DNA of 64,000 nt from Thermoplasmata archaeon (GTDB taxonomy: Archaea > Thermoplasmatota > Thermoplasmata > Lutacidiplasmatales > UBA184), in the NCBI GenBank assembly GCA_049591535.1, contig JBAWFC010000072.1, positions 4,054-68,053 on the forward strand, read 5' to 3'. This document shows, piece after piece, positions 36,002 to 47,393 of the stretch. The position numbers and the translations under genes were made by a program. A model generated the notes under the pieces. The model was not told where the DNA came from and searched no databases. It saw only the letters and a list, made by a program, of their open reading frames with translations. Within the stretch, counting starts at the first letter, position 1. Every line of letters starts with the position of its first letter.

Positions 36002-37006
36002 ATGAAAGCGGTTCGGGTCCCCGGACCGGGAGGCACCCTTGAGCTGGTCGACGTGGCGCAGCCGAGCCCCACGGCCCGTCAGGTCCTGATCCACGTCGAC
36101 GCCTGCGGGATCTGCCACAGCGACGCGGTGACCGTGTCCGGTGGCCGGCCGGGAATGCAGTACCCACGGATCCCCGGCCACGAGGTCGTCGGGACCGTCG
36201 TGGAGGTCGGAGCCGAGGTACCGAGATGGAAGACGGGCGAACGGGTCGGGATCGGCTGGCACGGTTGGCACGACGGCACGTGCCCAACCTGTCGGCGCGG
36301 CGACCCGTTCGCGTGCCCCCAGCAGCAGATCACGGGGCTCTCGTTCGACGGAGGGTACGCGCAGTACATGGTCGCACCGTACGAGGGGCTCGCCGCCGTG
36401 CCGACCGAGCTCTCGGCTGTCGACGCGGCGCCGCTCCTGTGCGCCGGGGTCACGACGTTCAACGCCTTGCGGAATTGCGGCGCGAGACCCGGTGACCTCG
36501 TCGCCGTACTGGGCCTCGGCGGGCTCGGGCACCTGGCGGTCCAGTACGCCGCGAAGATGGGATTCCGCACGGTCGTTGTCGCCCGCGGGCCGGAGAAGTC
36601 GTCGTTCGCGCGTCAGCTCGGCGCCACGGCGTATGTCGACAGCCTTGCGCAGAACGCCGCCGAGGAGCTCACCGGACTCGGGGGCGCCCAAGTGATCCTC
36701 TCCACGGTCACCGACGCGCAGGCGATCGGCGACCTCATCGGAGGGCTCTCGGTCCACGGGACGCTGATCTCGGTCGGCGTCCCTCGGGATCCCGTCCCGG
36801 TGTCGATCGGTTCCCTCCTCGCCGGCCGTAGATCCGTCCAGGGCTGGTACAGCGGCGTCGCCGTCGATTCGGAGGATGCGCTCCGGTTCAGCGTCCAGAC
36901 CGGGGTCCGCCCGATGTCCGAGGTCTTCCCTCTCGAGAACGCGCCGGCCGCCTTCGAACGGATGCTCCGCGGGACCGTCCGGTTCCGGGCGGTGCTGCAA
37001 CCGTAG
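36002..37006 (+). CDS. Zinc-dependent alcohol dehydrogenase (MDR family)
   Basis: MKAVRVPGPGGTLELVDV...HVDACGICHSD...GHEVVGTVVEVG; GLGGLGHLAVQYA. Confidence 0.9.
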   Translation: MKAVRVPGPGGTLELVDVAQPSPTARQVLIHVDACGICHSDAVTVSGGRPGMQYPRIPGHEVVGTVVEVGAEVPRWKTGERVGIGWHGWHDGTCPTCRRGDPFACPQQQITGLSFDGGYAQYMVAPYEGLAAVPTELSAVDAAPLLCAGVTTFNALRNCGARPGDLVAVLGLGGLGHLAVQYAAKMGFRTVVVARGPEKSSFARQLGATAYVDSLAQNAAEELTGLGGAQVILSTVTDAQAIGDLIGGLSVHGTLISVGVPRDPVPVSIGSLLAGRRSVQGWYSGVAVDSEDALRFSVQTGVRPMSEVFPLENAPAAFERMLRGTVRFRAVLQP

Positions 37007-37060
37007 CGCCGGGGCTCGGGGACCCCGCCCCCTATATCCCCCGCCGCCTCCCCGAGTCGG

Positions 37061-37417
37061 ATGAGCTGCGTCGAGGGCCTGCTGCGGGACGCCGGGAAGA
37101 AGTTCGAGCCCGAGATCCAGAGCCGGCTCACGGGCTTCCTCGGGGGGATCGTTCGCAGCTATCTTCCCCAGGCGTGGGTCTTCCGCACGGACGACGGAAC
37201 CGCGACCCTGCTCGTCGACAAGGACGGCCACGTCTCGGTCGTGAGTGGCGAAGCCCCCCACCCGGACGTGACCGTCGAGATCCCGCACGACCGGCTGGTC
37301 GCCGCGCTGCGGACCCGCAAGCGAGAGTCCGTTCCCCCGGGCCCGTTGACGGTGACGCCCCATACGGCGAAGGGCCGGACCGCGTTCGACTACCTCCGGG
37401 GCCGGATCGGACTCTGA
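37061..37417 (+). CDS. Hypothetical protein, possibly SCP2/sterol-carrier-like fold
   Basis: 118 aa with good GC3. Weak resemblance only (WVFRTDDGTATLLVDKDGHVSVVSGEAPHPDVTVEIPHDRLVAAL). Confidence 0.4.
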   Translation: MSCVEGLLRDAGKKFEPEIQSRLTGFLGGIVRSYLPQAWVFRTDDGTATLLVDKDGHVSVVSGEAPHPDVTVEIPHDRLVAALRTRKRESVPPGPLTVTPHTAKGRTAFDYLRGRIGL

Positions 37418-37761
37418 GTGTTCACCCGAAGTGCGCAAGGTATTTTCCGCCCGCCCCCCTCGGAACGAGGGAAGGAGGCGAACCGATGTCGTGTTCCCCG
37501 CACGGTTCCGCGCTCGCGTCTCGGCTGCGACGTACGATCCCCCTCCGTCGGGAGCGGTGAGCCCCCATCCCGGCCGCGGAGACGTGGCCCGCTTCCGAGG
37601 GCCGGTCGGCGCCCCCGAGCTTTCGACGGGCGCTCGCGAGTCGCCCGTTCTTCCTGCTCTGGAGCTCGCAACTCATCTCCCAGTCGGGGGACTTCATCTT
37701 CGACATCGCGCTGATCTGGCTCGTCCTCCAGTCGACCGGCTCGGTCTTCGCCGTCAGTCTC

Positions 37762-38835
37762 GTGGTCGTCGCGACGCTCGTCCCCGCGGTCCTGCTCGGG
37801 CCGGTGCTCGGGGTCTACGCGGATCGGTGGCCCCGGCGGACGGTCCTGATCGCGACCAACGTCGCCCAGGGGGCGCTCGTCGCGGGTCTCTCGGGGCTGA
37901 TCCTGGCGCACGACGCCGGTCTCGACGTCCTCATCGCGATCGTGCTCGCGCTGGGGGTCGGGGGCCAGTTCGTCCGCATCACGTCGAACGCGATGGTCCC
38001 GCAGACGGTCGGGGCCGAGGACCTCGCGCCGGCGAATGGCCTGCTCTCGTTCAGCAACTCGACGACCCAGGTCGTCGGCCTGTCGATCGGGGGGGTCGTC
38101 GTCGCGCTGTTCGGGGTGACGCTGCCGATCGAGTACGATGCGCTGACGTTCCTGGTCGCGGCCGCGATCCTCGGGGCGATGTCGCGCGCGGTCGGGCGTC
38201 CGGAGCCGACGGCTCCCGGTACCGTTCGCCGGTTCGGGACCGAGCTCCGCGAGGGCTGGGACTACCTCACGCACCAACGGTTCCTCGTGGAGATCATCGT
38301 GCTCGGCCTGATCGTCAACTTCTTCGCGAACGCGGTGTTCGCGCTCTGGGCGCCGTACGCCGACCTGGTCCTCCACGGAGGGCCGGCCACCTACGGATTC
38401 CTGGGCGCCGCGATCGCTCTCGGGGCGATCGGGGGGGCGGTGGCGATCGGCCGCGTCAACACCCGGCGGTCCGCCGGGAAGTACCTGTTCGCGGGCTCGC
38501 TCGGCATCGGCGTCCTGATCGTCCTTCTGGGACTCGCCCGGTCGGTGCCCCTCGCGCTCGCGGAGGCGTTCGTCCTCGGCGTGTTCCTCTCGGTCACGAA
38601 CATCCCGATCCTGGTGCTCGTCCAGGCGAAGGTCCCGTCCCGCCTCATGGGCCGGGTGCTGTCGGTGCTCAGTTCGTGCATCCTCGCCGCGGCACCGGTC
38701 GGCGCGTTCTTCGCCGGCACCTTCGCCGCGGCGACGTCGATCGGAACGGTCTACGTCGTCTCGGGGCTCCTTTTCTTCGCCGCGTGCGCGGTCGGCGCCG
38801 TGGTGATGGGGGCGGTACGCACCGTGGAGTACTGA
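37762..38835 (+). CDS. MFS transporter (MFS_3 / EntS-like). The first canonical start is internal; conserved TM1 coding continues upstream to 37561 (see finding).
   Basis: VYADRWPRRTVLIATNVAQG and about 10 further TM helices. Upstream in frame: SFRRALASRPFFLLWSSQLISQSGDFIFDIALIWLVLQSTGS, with no ATG/GTG/TTG. Confidence 0.8.
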   Translation: MVVATLVPAVLLGPVLGVYADRWPRRTVLIATNVAQGALVAGLSGLILAHDAGLDVLIAIVLALGVGGQFVRITSNAMVPQTVGAEDLAPANGLLSFSNSTTQVVGLSIGGVVVALFGVTLPIEYDALTFLVAAAILGAMSRAVGRPEPTAPGTVRRFGTELREGWDYLTHQRFLVEIIVLGLIVNFFANAVFALWAPYADLVLHGGPATYGFLGAAIALGAIGGAVAIGRVNTRRSAGKYLFAGSLGIGVLIVLLGLARSVPLALAEAFVLGVFLSVTNIPILVLVQAKVPSRLMGRVLSVLSSCILAAAPVGAFFAGTFAAATSIGTVYVVSGLLFFAACAVGAVVMGAVRTVEY

Positions 38836-38842
38836 GGCCCGT

Positions 38843-39283
38843 CTACCCGAGCTCGCGCAGCCGGCGGACCATCTTGACGACCGCGCGCACGGCATTCCCC
38901 GCGTTCTCGATCCGGTCCTGCGCCTGGAGCCGCGTCTCGCCCGGTCCCGAGATGCCGAGCCCGAGCGGTTTCCCGAACTCGACCGAAAGGTCCGTGAGCT
39001 TCCGGGCCGCCTGGTTCATCACGACCTCGTCGTGGTCGGTCTCGCCCTCGATCACCGCACCGAGCGCGACCACCGCGTCCACGTCCCGTCGAGCGAAGAG
39101 TACCTTGACCGCGAGCGGCATGTCGTAGACCCCGGGGGTCTTCACGACCGGCCCGAGGGTCGCTCCCAGGAAGTCGACCTCCTCCTTCGCTCGCTCGAGC
39201 ATCATGAGCGTCACATCGAAGTTGTACTCGCTCGCCACGATCGCCACGGTCACGCCGCGCCCGTCCTTCGCTCCCTTCGCCAT
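38843..39283 (-). CDS. ribH: 6,7-dimethyl-8-ribityllumazine synthase
   Basis: ATG 39283. VAIVASEYNFDVTLMMLERAKEE...VKTPGVYDMPLAVKVL...DAVVALGAVIEGETDHDEVV. Confidence 0.92.
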   Translation of the reverse strand: MAKGAKDGRGVTVAIVASEYNFDVTLMMLERAKEEVDFLGATLGPVVKTPGVYDMPLAVKVLFARRDVDAVVALGAVIEGETDHDEVVMNQAARKLTDLSVEFGKPLGLGISGPGETRLQAQDRIENAGNAVRAVVKMVRRLRELG

Positions 39284-39306
39284 GATTTGGTGATTCCTCC
39301 CGATTG

Positions 39307-40936
<1,630 letters not shown>

Positions 40937-41079
40937 CGGTGAACGAATTCAGCCACGGCTAATAAAATAAGCGTAGATACCCAAAAATGGGTTGATGGCC
41001 GACAGGAGAGGAGAGATGCGCGAAGCACGCTCAGCACGTCGGATCGCGACCCGAGCGCCGACAGACGGTCGGCGTTCTT

Positions 41080-42548
<1,469 letters not shown>

Positions 42549-42857
42549 TGTTGGCACACTTTTCGCTGTGTGCGGGAATACATTGTGGTCGTGAACCGAT
42601 CTATACTGACTGGCGGAATTGCTCTTTTGCTATCGATGAGCTATTCGCGTACTTTTCGCTGAACATCTCTCCTCCGTCAGTCCCGAGAGGTCACTCCCCG
42701 TCTCCGGGGAGGGGTTCTCGGGGCTCCACGCCCCATCGGGCCATCTGTGGCGCTGCCCTGGAAAAGACCGGATCATGAATCCCCGGCCCGCCGTGGCGGC
42801 GTCGCCGTGCCGCGCCTCCGAAGAAGCGGGCTCGGTAGCGTAGGGAGGAACGGTCGG

Positions 42858-42864
42858 TATTTAA
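42858..42864 (-). promoter_or_regulatory. Candidate 16S rRNA promoter TATA box (TTAAATA on the minus strand) about 310 nt upstream of the mature 5' end, overlapping the HAD gene stop
   Basis: It is the strongest AT heptamer upstream of the 16S gene. This call rests on position alone. Confidence 0.25.
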
Positions 42865-43586
42865 GCCGGGCGGCGGGCCCGGTTCGGATCCGGCGCGCCG
42901 GGCTCTTCGAGGCGCTCGAGACAGAGTGGGACCTCGAGCAGCGACGTGATCTCGGGCGGGTCTTCGGACATCCCGGTTCCCGCCCGGTTGAGCCACATCG
43001 CGCGGAGACCGGCCTCGCGGGCCGCCTCGGCGTCGGTGAACGCCAAGTTCCCGACGTAGAACGCCTCGGGCGGCTCGAGCTCCATCCGGTGCACCGCACG
43101 GTGGAAGATCTCGGGACTCGGTTTCTCGACCCCCTCCGTCCCGGAGGAGACGACTCGTTCGAAGTATGGGAGGATCCCGGTCTCGTGGAGGATCGACCGG
43201 CAGCGGGCCTCGCTGGAGCTGTTGGAGACGACCCCCAGGCGACGACCCTCCGCACGCAGCCGTTCGAGGCAGCGCCGGGTGTCCGAATAGAGGCGGGCGA
43301 ACCCCGGGTGTTGGCGAAGCAGTGCAATGAACCGCTCCGCGGTCGCGCGCTCCACGTCCCGCCCCGACGCGCGGGACAGGGTGAGCCGCCAGAATTCCGT
43401 GTGGTTCGGCCGATCGCGGACATCCGTCTCCCGCTCGACGTCAAAGAACGCCTGGGCGAGCGCTTCCTCCGGGAAATCGACAAAGCACCGCTGGGCGAGT
43501 TCCGTCCAGTGGGCGAAGTCGTGGTAGTCGACGAGCGTACCTCCGAGGTCGAAGAGGACGGCGCGGATTCGAGGCCGGTGGGACAT
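42861..43586 (-). CDS. HAD-superfamily hydrolase
   Basis: Likely start MSHRPRIRAVLFDLGGTLVDY (motif I DxDxT-like). Also VVSNSSSE (motif II) and YVGNLAFTD. Confidence 0.8.
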   Translation of the reverse strand: MSHRPRIRAVLFDLGGTLVDYHDFAHWTELAQRCFVDFPEEALAQAFFDVERETDVRDRPNHTEFWRLTLSRASGRDVERATAERFIALLRQHPGFARLYSDTRRCLERLRAEGRRLGVVSNSSSEARCRSILHETGILPYFERVVSSGTEGVEKPSPEIFHRAVHRMELEPPEAFYVGNLAFTDAEAAREAGLRAMWLNRAGTGMSEDPPEITSLLEVPLCLERLEEPGAPDPNRARRPA

Positions 43587-43708
43587 TATCGGACCCGAAC
43601 CACCGACGCTACCATTTATCTCTAGGTCTCGCACCCCGCCTCGGGGTCGACCGGACCCAGAAACGACGGTCCGCCCAGCCGCCGCACGCCGGTCGTCTTC
43701 CCCCGTTC

Positions 43709-44626
43709 CTATGGGCGCTCGGCGAGCTCGGGAACGGGATCGGTGGCCAGTGCGCCGGCGAGCAGACGCAGTCCTATCCGCTGGAGCTCGGGGTCACCGA
43801 ACTTGCGCGCTCGAACAATCGTATGGGAGGCGACGAGGCGACGGTAGGCGTCCGCTCGTTCCAGGAAGTGCGGGTCCGGGGGACCGCCGTAGGCTCGGAG
43901 CATGGCGGGGCCGAGATACGACATCCAACCCATCACTCCGAAGTCGAACGCCGGGTCTCCGAACTCCACGTCTCCCCAATCGAGGAGACCGGTGATCTGG
44001 GCCCTCTTCGGGTCGACGAGGACGTGGACCGGTAGGAGGTCGTTGTGGGTAACGACCGGCCGGAACGAGTACAGCTCGCGACGACGGAGCCGTTCGAGCA
44101 GGGCGTCTAGGCGACGCCGAGAGGTCCCATCGAGGAGGGGGCCGACCCGCGTTCGAATACGGCTCCCCCATCGAAGGAAGGTCAAGCGGCAGTCGTCGAT
44201 CGACCGGAACGGGATACCCGCGCGGGTCACGGCCCGTGCGGGAAGCGCGTGGAGTCGGGCCACGGCGCGCCCGAGCTCCTCGCCGACCCGTGCGAGGCCG
44301 GGTCCCGTGAGGTGCGCTCGGTCGACCCGGATCCCCGGAAGCCGAGGATACCCTCCGAAGCGGTGGGGGAATGAACGGGTCGGCTCGGAGCGGAACCGGT
44401 ACTCGGGGATCGGAACCCCGAGCCGGCGGCCCAGGAGCGGAAGGATGCCGAACTCTCGGCGGATCTGCTCCTCCGGCCGTTGATGGGCCGGGAAGCGGAA
44501 CACCCACTTCCGGTCGACTTCGAAGGTGAGGAAGTCCCACCCGCCGGGCAGCGCGCGGAAGGACCGGGCGCGGACCTCGGGAAAGGAGCGCCTCAGGGCC
44601 GCCCGGGCCGCTTCGCGCTCCGTCGT
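43709..44626 (-). CDS. Aminoglycoside/choline-kinase-type phosphotransferase (APH family). Start uncertain: the first canonical start is GTG 44503, but conserved coding extends to about 44626.
   Basis: VVTHNDLLPVHVLVDPKRAQITGLLDWGDVEFGDPAFDF (catalytic HxDxxxxN and DWG/DFG-like). Upstream in frame: TTEREAARAALRRSFPEVRARSFRALPGGWDFLTFEVDRKWVFRFP. Confidence 0.7.
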   Translation of the reverse strand, partial: TTEREAARAALRRSFPEVRARSFRALPGGWDFLTFEVDRKWVFRFPAHQRPEEQIRREFGILPLLGRRLGVPIPEYRFRSEPTRSFPHRFGGYPRLPGIRVDRAHLTGPGLARVGEELGRAVARLHALPARAVTRAGIPFRSIDDCRLTFLRWGSRIRTRVGPLLDGTSRRRLDALLERLRRRELYSFRPVVTHNDLLPVHVLVDPKRAQITGLLDWGDVEFGDPAFDFGVMGWMSYLGPAMLRAYGGPPDPHFLERADAYRRLVASHTIVRARKFGDPELQRIGLRLLAGALATDPVPELAERP

Positions 44627-44641
44627 GGGCCCCTGTCCGAA

Positions 44642-45235
44642 CTACGGGAACGGCGCCGACGCGACCGAGCCGACGATACCGTTGGCTCCGATGCAGACGA
44701 GCTGTTCCCCGTCGAGACCGTACTCGGGTCCGGTGGAGGCCGTATCCACGCTGAGCAAGTCACCACTGGCGAAGTGCCCCGAGAACCCGGGGTAGGACGT
44801 CCGCTCTGCCGTCGCCGTGTCGTACTGGGCGGAGGGCACCGTGTCCCCGACGAGCGACAGAGATACCGTATCGTTCAAGGGCGCTGGCGGCCACGGAACG
44901 GTTCTACCCGCAGCGCCCTGAAGTGCAAGGCTCACGCTCGAAGCCGAGACCGAATCACTCGTCGCGACCTCGATCGTGTAGCAATAATGTCCGGGGGCCA
45001 CCGGGCCCCCGGGAGGTGTCGTGCCCGTCGAGTTCAGTGGTTGTCCCCATCCGAATAGCGGCTGCCCGCCTGTCGGAAAAGAGCCCGACTGCGCTGCCGG
45101 CGGGAAGAGCGTGCCCGAGACTTGGAGCGCGAGGAGCCCGAGCGCGACGCCGAGGACGACCCCTATCGCGTCGTACGGGGCGAAAGGGCCCGCCGCGCGA
45201 TGCGGCGGGCGCGACGGTGGAAGAGCGGCCGGCAC
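44642..45235 (-). CDS. Hypothetical N-terminally anchored extracytoplasmic protein
   Basis: TM helix AIGVVLGVALGLLALQV, then a Pro/Thr/Ser-rich beta-like region with NST and NDT sequons. Confidence 0.5.
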   Translation of the reverse strand: MPAALPPSRPPHRAAGPFAPYDAIGVVLGVALGLLALQVSGTLFPPAAQSGSFPTGGQPLFGWGQPLNSTGTTPPGGPVAPGHYCYTIEVATSDSVSASSVSLALQGAAGRTVPWPPAPLNDTVSLSLVGDTVPSAQYDTATAERTSYPGFSGHFASGDLLSVDTASTGPEYGLDGEQLVCIGANGIVGSVASAPFP

Positions 45236-45332
45236 GCGGACCTCTACCGGGAGAGCGCCGCGGTGCCTCTTGAACCCCGCCGATGCATCGGAGACGGTAG
45301 CCTGCCGAGGCCGGGAGCGCGTCGCGACGGCG

Positions 45333-45758
45333 TCAGGAGACGCTGACGCTGACGACGTCCGTGTGGCGCAGGAGGACCGCCCGGGCGACCTTGAGGTTCT
45401 TTCCGGCCTTCCCGATCGCCCGGGCCTTCCACGCCGGGTCGACCGTGACCGTCGCGTGCCGGCCCTTGCCCTTCGGCTGGAAGTCGACGCGCTTCGGGGA
45501 GTACCAGTAGAAGATGTTCTTGACGAGGGTCTCCGGGTCGTCGGCGTACTCGACGACCTGGATCTCCTTCTTCAGCATCCCCTTGAGCCGGTCGACGAGT
45601 ACCCCGCCCGGCCCGACCGCCTTGTGGACCTCCCCGGGGTAGACGAGGAAGACGAGCTTGTCCTCCGCGGAAAGACAGTCCTTCACGCGCGCGCCGGTCC
45701 GCGCCTCGAACAGCTGGATGTAGCCGAGGGTCTCGTTGTCGAGGGTGATCTCGGTCAT
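45333..45758 (-). CDS. nusA: Archaeal NusA-like transcription factor (two KH domains)
   Basis: ATG 45758. MTEITLDNETLGYIQLFEARTGARVKDC...AVGPGGVLVDRLKGML...ARAIGKAGKNLKVARAVL. Confidence 0.85.
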   Translation of the reverse strand: MTEITLDNETLGYIQLFEARTGARVKDCLSAEDKLVFLVYPGEVHKAVGPGGVLVDRLKGMLKKEIQVVEYADDPETLVKNIFYWYSPKRVDFQPKGKGRHATVTVDPAWKARAIGKAGKNLKVARAVLLRHTDVVSVSVS

Positions 45759-45790
45759 CGGTCGGAAGGGGTTCGTTCGGTCCCCCGGGC

Positions 45791-46078
45791 TCACGTCTCG
45801 AGGGTGAGGATCGCGCTCGACCCGGGGTCGAGGATCGCCATCGCGCTGATCGGGAACGGCCGTCCGCACGCCTGGCCCAAGTCGACCGCGGTCCCCTCGT
45901 AGTGGTAGACCGGGATCTTCCCTACCGCCCGCTCCTTCGTGAGCGTCGGGTCCGGGCACGTCTTCGCGACGATCAGAAGGCGGGCCTTCTTCGACTTCGC
46001 CGCGTCGAGGGTCTCGGAAAGTCCGATGCGTACCGTGCCGGTCTCGAGGGCGACCTTGAGGGCGTGCGCGAGGTCCAT
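45791..46078 (-). CDS. rpl30e: 50S ribosomal protein L30e
   Basis: MDLAHALKVALETGTVRIGLSETLDAAKSKKARLLIVAKTCP...PVYHYEGTAVDLGQACGRPFPISAMAI. Confidence 0.9.
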   Translation of the reverse strand: MDLAHALKVALETGTVRIGLSETLDAAKSKKARLLIVAKTCPDPTLTKERAVGKIPVYHYEGTAVDLGQACGRPFPISAMAILDPGSSAILTLET

Positions 46079-46082
46079 CGGC

Positions 46083-47393
46083 CTACGCCTCCCCCTGGGC
46101 TTCCTCGACGGGGACGGTCTTCGGCGCCGCGGTGGGCGACGGCGTGAGGGGCTTGTAGACGAGGTTGACCGCGCCCGTGCCGAGCGTGATCGGCTGGCCG
46201 ACGATGATGTTCTCGGCGACGCCCTTCAGCTCGTCGACCTCGCCGGTGATCGCGGCGCGGAGCAGGTGGGCGGCGGTGATCTCGAACGCGGCCCGGGCGA
46301 GGACGCTCGTCTTCTTCCCGGAGATACCGTGGCGGCCGATCGCGCGGATGTCGCCCTCGTTGGTCATCACGTCCGCGACGAGCATCAGGTGGCGGATGTC
46401 GACGCCGAGGCCCTGCTCGGCGAGCGTGCGGTTCGCCTCGTGGATGAGCGCCGCACGGGCCGCCTCGACCCCGTACACCCGGTAGATCTCGAACACCGAG
46501 TTCGTGGTCGTGCGGACCGCGTCGACCCCGAGGATCTCGATGACGCCTTCGAGGTTCGAACCCTCCGTGTAGACGACGTACTCCTCCTTCTCCTTGCGGA
46601 TCAACGCCCGGCGGATGCCCGTGACGCCCTTGATCCGGATCGATTTCGATTCCTCGCTCGCGATGAGGAGCTTCTTGAACGGCATCTCCTCGACGAGCTC
46701 CTCCTTCTTCGACTTCGTCGCGCCCGGAGCCGACTCCTTGAGGTGGATCTCGATCGACCGGGTCTCGCCGCTGCCCGATCCCGACTTGATCTCGAAGAGG
46801 CGCGGGTCCAGGTTCTCGACGAGCGCGGCGAGGAGCTCGTCGCGCTTGACGCCGCGCTCCTCGAGGCGCGCCGCGATCGGCGAGACGACGACCTTCAGGT
46901 CCTCGATGACCGTCCCGATCGACGCCACGTCCGGGACGGTCGTGACCTCGATCTGGAGCGCGATCTTGTGGACCGCGTCGCGGTCGTTCTTGAACTTCTT
47001 CTCGACGTGGACCGTCATCATCGGGGTGGACGGCACGCGGCGCGCGTCGACGAGCTCAATGAGGCGCGGGAGACCGAGTGTGACGTTCATCTCCGCGACC
47101 CCCGCGTAGTGGAACGTCCGCAGCGTCATCTGCGTCCCCGGCTCGCCGATCGACTGCGCGGCGATGATCCCCACCGACTCGTGCGCGTCGACCTCGGCAC
47201 GCTGGAACCGGCGGACGACCTCGCGGACGATCTTCATCGCGTCGCCCGGCGCGAGCCTCAGGTGCTGGAGCTTCGCCTTGAGCTCCTCCGCCACCAGCGG
47301 CGGGAGGGTGACGCCCTCCTTCCGGGCGATGTCGTGGATCCGCTGGATCGTGTCGCGCGGCGCTGCGGCCTTCTTTTCCTCCGCCATCGTCAT
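46083..47393 (-). CDS. rpoA2: DNA-directed RNA polymerase subunit A''
   Basis: [46 protein letters not shown]. Confidence 0.95.
   Translation of the reverse strand: MTMAEEKKAAAPRDTIQRIHDIARKEGVTLPPLVAEELKAKLQHLRLAPGDAMKIVREVVRRFQRAEVDAHESVGIIAAQSIGEPGTQMTLRTFHYAGVAEMNVTLGLPRLIELVDARRVPSTPMMTVHVEKKFKNDRDAVHKIALQIEVTTVPDVASIGTVIEDLKVVVSPIAARLEERGVKRDELLAALVENLDPRLFEIKSGSGSGETRSIEIHLKESAPGATKSKKEELVEEMPFKKLLIASEESKSIRIKGVTGIRRALIRKEKEEYVVYTEGSNLEGVIEILGVDAVRTTTNSVFEIYRVYGVEAARAALIHEANRTLAEQGLGVDIRHLMLVADVMTNEGDIRAIGRHGISGKKTSVLARAAFEITAAHLLRAAITGEVDELKGVAENIIVGQPITLGTGAVNLVYKPLTPSPTAAPKTVPVEEAQGEA

Noticed and set aside
37558-37560. TGA as selenocysteine or general sense-codon reassignment
   Set aside because: TGA terminates many well-defined genes here (srp54, oppC and others), and I saw no obvious SECIS-like hairpin immediately downstream. 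Pseudogene or sequencing error is more parsimonious.
44642-44644. TAG decoded as pyrrolysine, fusing the 197-aa ORF to the kinase
   Set aside because: TAG is clearly used as an ordinary stop elsewhere in the window (for example the ABC ATPase at 7501..7503, the PRC-barrel gene at 18879..18881 and purL at 58125..58127). No pyl genes are visible. The fusion would place a kinase domain outside the membrane. I kept it only as a start-codon anomaly.
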